DNA of 63,991 nt, counting the filler, from Platydemus manokwari (lineage: Eukaryota): NCBI GenBank assembly GCA_037951405.1. It is 6 parts of 6 records of this genome, joined end to end, with 100 filler letters (N's around TTAATTAATTAA, not from the genome) between each part and the next. Parts side by side here need not be neighbours in the genome. Positions count along the whole stretch, not along the records: positions 11,882 to 22,819 come from JBBMOY011036634.1; positions 22,920 to 32,011 come from JBBMOY011300651.1; 4 more parts are not named here. One strand, given 5' to 3'. Shown one piece after another: positions 12,600-23,693 of the stretch. Each line of letters starts with the position of its first letter. Within the stretch, counting starts at the first letter, position 1. Both the position numbers and the translations under genes were made by a program. The notes under the pieces were generated by a model. It was not told where the DNA came from and did no database searches. It saw only the letters and a list, made by a program, of their open reading frames with translations.

Positions 12600-13960
12600 T
12601 ATAAAATGACAAGCCAGTTAACAAATTCGATATTATTCGATATTATCAGTTAAAGAATAAAAGATTTGTCGGAAAATTGAGTCGAAAATGTTCAACAAAA
12701 ACCTATTAGTCAGAATTTTGCTCTGCAAATAAATAAGAGGAAAAGCCGAGAAGGTAAAATTAGTAGAATTTGATTAATTCATTAATGGGAATTACGAACA
12801 GATTTTTATTTTGTCAAGAATTACCAATAGTAGTGACAGGAAGAGAAGCATTTAATTATGTTGATAGCACTTTCCAAAAGTCAAAGTTATTTAGCAATTT
12901 TTGTACAAGCATTTTTACAGATGGTATTGTATTAATAATCGAACCTTAAAAGGGTTTTTTCGTGATTGAAAATCGAAAAAAAAACATTCAAAACTTATTT
13001 CATTTCTCATAGCTTTAGTTGGCAAAATAAATATTATAAATATTGGCGTAATAAATATTACCAAATATATTAAAAGTAGACCCTTAAAATTAAAGATTTT
13101 CAATTATTCGGTTGATGGAATCTTATAATTAATTTCAATAATTTAAAAGTTAATTATATTTGAAAGATTTTAAAATCAAGTTTTAAAAAATATTTCAATT
13201 GAGAACAGAAATTAGCAGATATTTTAAAATAGATTAAAATAAAATATGATAAGAAATTGTGGTATTCAAAATCGACTTATGTCGAAATTGTATTTTGAGC
13301 ATTTTAAATTGAGTAAAAATTTTTAAAGATTCAATTTTGCTTAAAATTTGATTTTATAAAAAATTTAGTTCTATACAATTTTTTTATAAAAAAATAAAAT
13401 TGATTTGTTTAAATAATTGTATAATAATACTTAAATATAATTTGATGTTGTGACTTTTCAGTTTGTTTTTAATATGTTGTTTTCAAAATCGTAGCGGCTT
13501 ACATGTATGTGAAATATTGTTTTACAAGGACAAAACTCGAATTTCTAATATTTAAAGATAAGTTATTTTTAGGAGAATCATTTAATTTGTGTAATCGAAA
13601 AAACTTGTTGAAAATAGTGAAGCTGTGTTTCATTAGATGCCTGAAAGACTACCCAATGAGAAAAGTTTTGAATTTTCTTTTACAGTGATAAAAACATGAA
13701 ATCGGCAAACTATGAATGGATTCGAAAACTTTTTACAAATGACATATTAAACTGGAAACCTAATCTTGTTGAAGTGGAGAAATCAATTCACTTGAATATT
13801 AACAATTAAATAATCGCAATTTGCTTGATATTTTTTGGATAGAAGACATAGATTATGTTAGGTTAACTAAAAAAGTGCAATCAATACATTTATGGGACTT
13901 AGGATTTTCATTCCTCATTAATATGGAAAGGAAAAAACATGTTGAAAATTGGAAAATGAC
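12600..13960 (+). mobile_element. Decayed hAT (Buster/Charlie, ZBED5/SCAND3-like) transposase remnant
   Basis: ELPIVVTGREAFNYVDSTF...CTSIFTDG at ~12820-12925 (cf. TTGEDIF..VD.FF...C..ICTDGA). YEWIRK...LLDIFWIE..DY...HLWDLGFSFLINMERKK at ~13710-13940 (cf. STYLCE.GFS.L..K.K). The remnant has internal deletions or insertions. Confidence 0.6.
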
Positions 13961-16269
13961 AAAATACAGGTTTGCTAAAACTGAAAAGCTTAGTCAAACA
14001 TATTGGTTGTATATTTTTAAATATCAATTTATTTGGTCTCTATTAAAATTATATTAGAATAATTTATAGGTTTATCGGTCATAAGAATTGTTCGAGCATC
14101 ACAGACACAATATTAGCATAAATGAAAAAATTACCGTTATTTATTATGTTTCGTTTTATCTATTTAATTTTGGAAATATTTCTTCGTTAATGAAGTATAA
14201 GTGCTACAAAATTTTTCATATTTGGAAATTATGAGAGATAGTAAAAATGATTAGAAACACTTAATTAATATATTATAGAGCTAATAATATATTAATATTT
14301 TAATAAATGTTCGCGATCACTCAAAATTAATAATGAGTGTGACATTTCGACCTAGTAGCCCAATAGATTGTATTTCTAAAACCATGGAAACTCGATCATT
14401 CCATCCGGTGATTTATGGTAATTGATGTTTTCCACATTTTAGAATTTAAAAATATAATTTTGGCTATTACATATCTTTTAATTTTGGTTTTTTCTAACAT
14501 CTAATTTCATACAAAGCGGCTTTTCAAAAATTTAATTTTGGTATTTTTTGCACTTTTCTCTTGGTCTGTTATGCTTTTGAAATTGATAGTCAAAATTTGA
14601 TATATCAATTTTTTACTGATATAAATTAGCGCTAGAATATTAAATATATTATGGTTATATATCATTTTAATAACATCTGTGGAGAAGGGAATTGGACATG
14701 TAAAAACTATATAATACTGGAACATGGGGAATAGAAAATAGCATAAGGTCAAAATCTAATAATCATATGTTCCAGGCTTTAGAAATGTTTTCAGAATAAA
14801 AATAACTAAATTGCCACAAAACTTTCTGATCGATATTAAAACTTGAGATCTCTGGATGAATTGGTGATAAAAGATTCCAGCTATTACCCATGTGTTCTCC
14901 AGTGACCAACAGATCTCCAAGATTCTTGCTTTGTTAATAAATATTTATTATAATTTCTATTTTTGAAAAATATAATTTCCGACAAAACAGTTCAGATGAA
15001 ATTAATTAATTTAAAGAATATAATGATCTCTTAGTTTAAATTTTTATATAATTATAAACAATTAAAATATGGCTAAATTCTTCAAAATTTTATTTAAGGA
15101 ATGATAGAAATAATAAAAATAATTTAAAACAGTTTTTAAAAGTACACTTTACTTTAAAATATATTAATTAACTCATTTTTAAGCTTCAACAAAGATAAAA
15201 ACAATATTTAATGAAATGTGATTTATCTTTTTCGAGCCTTTTAATTATTTATTTAATACTATAATAAACAAATACTAAAGTAAATAAATCTAAAATTCAC
15301 AACTAAACAGGAAATAAAATATCAACCATTCATGGTAGATTGGCTACATTGAAAACATTTCAAACTGTCAATCTTAAATAATAAAAAGAAAACGAATTAA
15401 AATCTGATTAACAAAATCTTTGCTGAAAAAATCTTAGATATTTTAACAACCAAAACATTCATGTAATCGCTTGGTACACATTGGAAAACACAATTATTAA
15501 AACCATCATTCGAGTAAAACTTTAAAATTTGAACATTCAGGATATGATTAATCTCGTAAAAAAGTCACAAATTTTGACTGAGTTGACTAAATGTCATATT
15601 TTTCAATATTGTCACTATTTAATTATTCGATATCAAAATATTTAAACAACTTCATGATATGGAATGCCATTGATATTTAGGCAAAACAATCAGTGATAAA
15701 ATTTTAAAATTAATACGTTACTATATAAATAATTATAAAACTTTTGAAAATCACCTTTTTATTCGTCTCTGTTATCATTCACATTTAATTAAATAATTTA
15801 TAAAAAATATTATAAACTTTAAATATTAAAAATTCTAACAAATAGTTCATTATTATTTCTATTTCTTCTTAATTTACTTATCATTTTATAACTAATATTT
15901 CCAATTTTATAATCTATATTGGATTTTGAGTAGATAATTTATTCTATACAGCGAGTGTACTTAATAAAAATTTATCATCAAATCCAATCCATTAAAGTAT
16001 TTATTATTCATGAAAATTAACGAACGATTTTTCTGAAAACCAAACGTATGGCTGAAATAGCAATTAAAGAAAATAATTTCAAAGATGGTTTAGTGAAAAT
16101 GATTACCAAGTTATTTGTCTAATAATCGGTTATTATTGTCGTGTTATAAAAATTAGTTTCGCCTTTATCTCCGTGAAAGCTGTTCGAGTTGGTTAGGTTT
16201 TTCTTTATTAGAAAACTGGTCTGATGGGAATTGTGTTAGAATAATAATTTTTTCATCTCATAATTTCAG

Positions 16270-16955
16270 ATGGCTTGTAATGATTTGAAATGCCAATCCA
16301 TAATGTTACCTCCTCAATCGTCTTTATTAACAAATGCCGAAGAACAAAGATCTGACAGTGGCAGGGGTGCCAGTGATGAAGATAACAATATCATAACATC
16401 CTCTATTAACATAAATAAACTAGACCAAATGAACCAAACCTTCTTGATGAATTCTCTAAGTCAGTCACAACAATCTGGATTTATGAATAGAAAAGGTTTG
16501 AATTTTTATTGAATTTAATGAGAATTATATTTCTGCAGACTTAATAATAATAATGATTATTAGTATTGTTTCCATAATTATCATAATTGTTATAATAACT
16601 GTAAGTGTATTGAATCAATTTTCCAGCAGAAACAAATGAAATTAATTTATTTGCAAACTGTGGTTGTGAACTTTTTCCAAGATTAGCCATGCTCAATCAA
16701 CGCACTATGTTTCCTCCTCACACAACTGAATCATTACCGCTGTACTCCAATTTGCCAACAAATCCTAGAAAGCCCAATTTGAAATCACCACAAAACAATT
16801 CTGATCTGATCATGGAGAATTCATTGTACCGATCGGGAAACGCTGAAAATTTGCAAACGATTCCCGTCGACAGACATTCACCCGTGTTAAGCATTTCGGA
16901 TCTGAGTTCCCATATCGATAATTTATTTTTCTCACAGTGTTGCAGAAAATATTGA
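16270..16955 (+). CDS. Last two coding exons of a probable protocadherin (cytoplasmic tail); upstream exons not identified
   Basis: Exon 16270-16495 (acceptor tttcag, donor G|gtttg, phase 1) joins in frame to exon 16627-16955 (acceptor ttccag; stop TGA). AATAAA lies at 16986. The translation contains SDSGRGASDED, resembling the conserved protocadherin cytoplasmic DSG(R/H)G.S motif, and ends ...DLSSHIDNLFFSQCCRKY*. No cadherin repeats are visible, so the family call rests on the tail motif. Confidence 0.6.
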
Positions 16956-17569
16956 GAGATTGTTCTGTTTTTATGATAAATATTTAATAAATAAACTTAT
17001 TTTATCTAATTTGTGTTTGGTTTTTTTTCTTGACCAATTTCTCTCAACTCGTTGGAAATTCAGTACGGTTTTAAGCTGTACGTTTCCTATTACTTAATCA
17101 TTTTTTTCTTTATTAGATCTTCCAATGGTTTATCACCAATGTGACTGCTTGACATTCTAAAAATAGCATATCGACTGAGATGAGTTTCTTCTTTAAGTAA
17201 AGTAAAACTGATGTTCTGACTGTTAGGTCTAAATGACCACAAAAGGTTAATCATCATAAATGAAATTAGATGGCAACAATATAAATGAATATAATAATAT
17301 TGATCCTTTCATTGATTTTTTTCATAATCTTATATAGACGAAATCTTTACAAAAATATTAAAATGATAGAATTAATTTCTAATAATTAAAATGCGATATA
17401 TACGAGGCACATTACTATATGGGGAGAATTCTAAATTTTTTACATATTTTCTATTTTGTCAAGAAATATACGTTTTTAAGGAACAACCAAAGTAATACAA
17501 TAAATGGTTAGTATTATCAAGTTATTATAGAGTTGTAGAGAAATTCATATGTTTATCGAACATGCTGAG

Positions 17570-18400
17570 GGGTATAGGTCTCGTAACGCCATATACACGA
17601 TGAATGAAATAAAAAGAAATACTTCAAAACAAAAGAATATAATTTTTCGAAACAGAAACTAAATTGTTTAATTTTTTATAGTAAGAATTTTCATCAAAAC
17701 TAAACATGATACTCCGAATCAACGATTCGAGGTCATTTATTTCGATATTTATAAAATTGATCGTATATACATTGCTCATATTAGAGTGAACCCTTTATTA
17801 TAAATGTGACATCTTCGATATGATGATACAAAACTTGCAACACATTGTAATTAAAGTCACCAAATATATAAAACATGCATAAAACCTCATTTATATGTTA
17901 ATCAGAAAATGTAAAAGATTACAATAACAATAATCACAACTCCTACTTCTAAGATTAGACTGAAAAATCGATTCCCTGAAAATAGACGAATTCATAAAAC
18001 AAATGAAGAAGACTTCTTTTTCTAATCGATTCGTTTCATCAAACCTATTGAGAGAAATTTGAAAATTTTACCTCTTATATATATTTGACTCAGGTTTTCA
18101 AATATGTTGAAAAATAATGCTTGGAAAATTGACGTTTCGCTTCTGAATCTCTTAAGGATCATGACGAAATAATCTCTTTGTAAGTTAAGAAATCACCATA
18201 TTAGTTCGTTAATAAGGCGAGAATCATTTTAAGGATTTTCTTTCCTATTTCGTAGATCATGCACAAAAATTGCTGAGAATCGAAAAGCATAAATGTAAGA
18301 TAGTATGATTTTAAATGACATTTCTCAAATAAATTTAGTCTTATTTTCTTCAGCAGTCTTGCAGGCCAAAATATTTACAATATTGCAAGAACAAATTCTG
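17570..18400 (+). mobile_element. Possible decayed LINE reverse transcriptase remnant
   Basis: YDDTKL at ~17819-17836 (cf. YADDTKL) is preceded by P.L-type and AIYTMNEI motifs. Frames are broken and boundaries are approximate. Confidence 0.3.
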
Positions 18401-21400
18401 ATGCTTGTGATTTTTTCGATCAAAATTACTTATTTAAAACCATCAGTTCAATTACACAAATAGTCGAGAACCGCTACTAACAAATTCTTTGAAATTGAAG
18501 GAGAACATAATTTGATCTCTATTAATATACATATAAATACATTTTCATATGAATGGTGTTATTCAATGAGGATAAGAAATTATTTAAAAATATCCTACAC
18601 CCTCGCAACAGGTATAAGATCCGCTAAAAAACTAAAATAAACTGTGAATTTTATAATCAGAACGCAATGACACATTATATATTTGTGGAATTATGATCAA
18701 AACCCTGGAATGAGACCCGTAACACTGTCAAAAAAAATGAACTCTTTCGGAACAACCAATCAAATGATTCCAAATAATCATTAGATGCATACAATGAGTA
18801 ACAAAAGACGTAACGACCCAGTGACATTAGAGATAGAAAAAATTTATTAATTATGTACGGAAACAATTTTTCTGAGCTTTCTAACAAATGAAAACCGAAA
18901 CTTCGAACATCAATCAAAACAAATGCAGCATCTTTGAACTGCTGGAAGAAATCGTCAGTATTTTTGGTTTTTTATTTTTTTTTGATGTTGATACCCATTC
19001 GATTGTAATAATTTGACTCTTGAGCTTTGAATCTCGAAACATTGAGTGACATTATTTTTTAGATTGTGGATTTTGATTTATTGATTTTTGATCAAGTATA
19101 AAATTTGACATTTCATTCATTTAATAATCTGACAGATTCAACAATTAAAATAAGTCAATCTAGAATATCGAATAGGTACGACCCAGAGTAGGCAAATGAC
19201 TCGAGCTAAAGAAATGTCAAGTCAGATAAACAATAAATAAATAACCTTAATTTTTTTCAAAAATAATAAAGATTTAGCTTGATTTTTGTATGTAAAATGT
19301 AAAGTGTGTTTCTAATCAATAAAATATTTAACTTTTAGGTTACATTATTTTTTATTTTCATTCCAGCATTAAAAATTTCAGTTCATGCGTCCAGTGGCAA
19401 AAGCATTACTTCAAATCTTTTTGATCAGACATTGGAACTTAAAAAGAATTATCGCAAATAATTATTTTAATTTATTATCATTTATTGTTTCAGATTAATT
19501 GTTATTTATCGATTTATATTCATTTTCAAAATAGTTTCTCACTTTGTTGTCTTGAAATATTAAACGATTAATAAAAAGTATCGTCATAGTTTATTGACTA
19601 TAAGTTTTATGCGTGGATTCTTTTTTATAAAAAATTATTGTCTCAATTACACCACATTAAAAACCGTACTAATGAAGTGTATTCCTATAAACTTTATGAA
19701 AAATTTCCTCCTAAATGTATAGGATATTAATATATTTGATAGATTCGTAATTAATAGGCTATGCCATGAAGCTATCAAATTTCATATTCGACTAAATTTA
19801 ATCTGAAAAAATGATGATGGGACGGCTATTTAATCTGCGAATTTGAAACCAGGAAAAGACTATATTAAAAGTTACCCAATCCAAATAAAGGCGTTCCAAG
19901 AGACAGTTGTGGTTTTGGTTTAGCATTTAGTGTGAATCAAAAGAATGATCATTAAAAAAACGAAATAATAATTTATAGTTTTAATAATTTATATACGCTT
20001 TAATGTAGGTATGATGGTAGTTTAAAGGCTCTCATAAGATTAAATGTTCGATACAATTAGCCTCATGAATTTACAAAAATAAATCGTTTATCACTCCGTA
20101 ATCGAACATGAAAAAAGCTTTACGTCTTCATCTGGATTATAAAATCTTATATATCGGCTGCACTATTACATTGTTTTGTATTAGACATTGCAAATTTGAT
20201 TAAAAACATGTTTTGTTTATTTTTAAAAGCAAAATTCTAAAAATTTGTTTATCGAACTTTGTTATTTTTATTTTTGAGGATGAAAAATCATTGTATCTCA
20301 ACACTGATTTCAGGGTTATTGAGTTTTGTAATTTTTACACACTGGCTACGTCAGATTATAGTCCACTCTTGAACTGATTTCGATGAACTTTTCTAATCAT
20401 CAAATATGGGATAAGACTTCACAATAACAACACATGACATAACTATTTGTGATGTCATTGAAATTAGGTCAATTAACGATAAGATCCGAACATGTGAAAT
20501 TACTAATTATTATGTTTTCTTTGAGTTCTTTGATTGCATTACAATATCAACATCGTTAATCATCGAAAAATGAAAATTAATTTCGTAAATCGAATGTTCA
20601 AACTTATCGAAGAAAATATTAACCGAAAAAATCTTGAAAAGCATAATAATAAATTATATGTAAATTTCATGAAATTTTCAATTCTATTACTGACAAACCG
20701 ATTTCAATAAAATACGCTAGCAGTCGATTGTAAATAATTTTAATATTTCTCTAAATGCGATCAAATATTTAATATCATCAATAATTTTTCGGCAAATCGT
20801 TCCTATTCTGAACATTTGTTCAAGCATATCGACCAATAATCGATTAGGTTGAATTGAGAATCGAAAAAAATCGAATCTGAGAATGGAAATAATAAAGAAA
20901 ATAATTCAATCATATCTGCAGTTTTGAAAACAATTTTTCAATTCTTCACCGATAAAAACCACTCTTTATTGACGGCTTCCTTTAATAAAATTTTATGTTT
21001 ATAACACATTTATTAGACATGGAATTATATTTTGAAATCAAAACTATTATTTATTTAAGCCTCAACACTTATAAGCACATTTTACTTGTTTAATATTATA
21101 GTAAAACAAAAATATTTTCTAACAAGTTTCATTATCGCACATCTACTTTCATTAACAACTTTTGATTTTCTTTGTATTCTTCATTGACATTGTATAGAAT
21201 ACTCTTTATATTTATCTACATGAAAATCTCTGATTCTTCTATCTTCTTTTGATGTTCTCTACATCTTATTTATATCTTCTCTATATTTTCTTTATAGTCA
21301 CAACATCTTCTTCCTTCTTTTCCATAATTTTCAGCCATTGATCTTCTCTGAATCGGGTGCAGATACAATGCAATGTAGGCTACTAATATTTTATAAAACA

Positions 21401-21436
21401 CACATCCAAAACCAACTAAAAATCCACGACACCAAA

Positions 21437-21720
21437 TTACTCAAACAATCCGACTCATAGGAAGCATCAATAAAAGTGTCATCAATTCCTACAGGTCTAA
21501 CACGTTCTATGGACAACATCACAATCAAGTGAATTTAGGACTGATTCAACAATTAAAGACACAACCTTTACACCACAATTCCTAATACCAAAGATACAGG
21601 ATTCGGTGCTGGGCTAATTCCCGGTCGTTCGCCACTACTGGGGAAATCCTTGTTAATTTCTTTTCCTCCGCTTAATGATATGCTTAAGTTCAGCGGGTAA
21701 TCTCATCTGATCTGAAGTCG
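21437..21720 (-). rRNA. Orphan fragment of 28S (LSU) rRNA 5' end / D1 region, probably a pseudogene
   Basis: The minus strand reads CGACTTCAGATCAGATGAGATTACCCGCTGAACTTAAGCATATCATTAAGCGGAGGAAAAGAAA...GCCCAGCACCGAATCC, the universal LSU start including an ITS4-primer-like site. It continues to GAGTCGGATTGTTTGA at ~21441. No 5.8S or 18S sequence, and no remainder of the 28S, is recognisable nearby. Confidence 0.9.
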
Positions 21721-22819
21721 AGATAAGAAAAAAGATTAACGGTTATTCCTTAAATAAAATGACTAATTAAATAAATCAGAACAATTAACATAAATATTGA
21801 CAACCAATAGCATACAAGAACACAACAGTTATATATAAAAATTAATATAGTTTTATATAAAATTAAATCTGAAAATTTAATTCAATTTCAAATTCTCACA
21901 AATTCATTTATCATAGTTTCAATATAAAATATATGCCAAATAGAGGAACATTAATCAGTAATAGTTAATATTATTGATAATATTATTTCCATAAACTCGA
22001 CCATTTTTGCTCGAAACTTAATTATTTATTTCATCATAATCGATAATCAGTTAATAAATTTTTAATAAATAACCGTGCTATAAAATGAAAGATATGTTTA
22101 CAAAATGCTGTAAATTCAATGGGCCAATTCTAAACATGACTGATGTATGAAAAATCAATGAAAATTTTCATAGAAAATTTCCATAATATATTTCCACAAT
22201 ATTTCCCTCTAATAAGTCTTTTAAAAATAGATCAGTCAATAATCAGTTTGGTTTGGGAGGTTTAATAATTCATTTGGCCATTTTGTAACTGTTACTATGA
22301 GATATAATATTTTTTAACAAACTTTATTTTTATTTCCTTTGGATTTAGGAAATAAATAATAATTGATAGTGCTTGAGATTGTGAAAATCAATTTATTTGC
22401 CATCGTATTAATTTGAAATTAAAATTGACGAACAAAGTTTTTAATTTTTATCTTGAAATCTATTTGATATTTCAGATAATAGTTAAGTGAATTTGATTTG
22501 ATAGTTCAGAAATATTCATGAATTTTTATTTATTATCTATTTACGATACTACTGCAATATATTGAATAAAAGATTACTAGTAATTTATTCCGCTTGATGT
22601 CACGAAGAAATTTTCTGAAATGTTTAATATTACGTTAGCGGTGTGCTCAAATTTGATTGGCTGAGTTGAAAGAAAAGAGATATAAGCTCGTTATGAACGT
22701 AATTACAATTTACAAGAAAAAGCAAACTGTGGATTGACAATTGAATGGGTGTTATCACAGATTATTTATAAATGTGGATTGATCTTTAATTTATTTTAAT
22801 TAATCGAAATATTGTAAAT

Positions 22820-22919
22820 NNNNNNNNNNNNNNNNNNNNNNNNNNNNNNNNNNNNNNNNNNNNTTAATTAATTAANNNNNNNNNNNNNNNNNNNNNNNNN
22901 NNNNNNNNNNNNNNNNNNN
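22820..22919. other. Artificial contig linker
   Basis: N44-TTAATTAATTAA-N44. Confidence 0.97.
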
Positions 22920-23030
22920 TTATTTATTATATTTATTATCATTTATTATTATTTATTATCATATTTATTATCTTATTTATTATTATTTATTATCTTATTT
23001 ATTATCTTTTTTATTATCATTTATTATATC
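22920..23030. repeat. Degenerate (TTA/TTTA/TCA)n low-complexity repeat
   Basis: Repeated ATTTATTATC-like units at the contig start, probably intronic. Confidence 0.8.
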
Positions 23031-23043
23031 ATACCAATTTCAG

Positions 23044-23693
23044 ATGTTCAATTCTGCTGGTGACAGTCTCGAATCAAGCTTTGTCGATCAAACCACATTC
23101 AAAAATCCTCCTCAAAATTTCCCCACCATAGTGCGGCTTAACAGCACAAATACTCCACATCAAATCCAAGTCACCTGGAACGGAGTTGCAGTAAAAGCCG
23201 AAGAAGAATCTGTGGATGGCTATCGAATTAGATATTGGGAATCTGGTGCTCCTGTCCGCATTGCTAAAGATGTTGATGTGGGATTGAAGGTGACTGGATT
23301 GATCAATGATCTCCAGTATGATGTGAGATACAATTTGCGAGTATTTGCTTACAGTAGAGGAGGTCATGGCAAACTGAGCAATCCAATGGATCAATTTATG
23401 CTTATTCCAAAAGAGAGATGCGAAAAGGGCAGAATTATTGGTAATTATTTCTCATCAATTATATCAATTATTTATCCCAATCATTCCAATTTGAATCAAT
23501 CAATATTCCATTAATAATATTTATCATTATCGATTTATTAATATATCATTTATGAATATACAAATCAATATCAATCATTTATATTTCAGAGGGTCCCGAT
23601 GTTAGATTTGTCTTTGTGTGCAGCAGTTGTAGCCAATCAATCTCAATTGTTCTCCTTTTGATTGGATTCTTGACGGTGAGGCTTTTCATGTGA
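23044..23693 (+). CDS. Last two exons of a contactin-like GPI-anchored Ig/FN3 cell adhesion molecule
   Basis: Exon 23044-23440 (acceptor tttcag, donor G|gtaatt) encodes the end of one FN3 and a complete FN3 (FNSAGDS...IQVTWNGV...EESVDGYRIRYW...LQYDVRYNLRVFAYSRGGHGKLS). Exon 23590-23693 (acceptor tttcag, phase 1) encodes EGPDVRFVFVCSSCSQSISIVLLLIGFLTVRLFM*, a terminal hydrophobic GPI-type signal with no cytoplasmic tail. The 5' exons lie beyond the contig end. Confidence 0.8.

Noticed and set aside
14750-14930. Possible Tc1 remnant on the minus strand (also 19760-20000 on plus)
   Set aside because: Only vague motif resemblance; too decayed to call.
23074-23394. 106-aa antisense ORF
   Set aside because: Shadow of the FN3 exon. 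The same applies to 34067-34318, 42487-42696 and 42738-42920.
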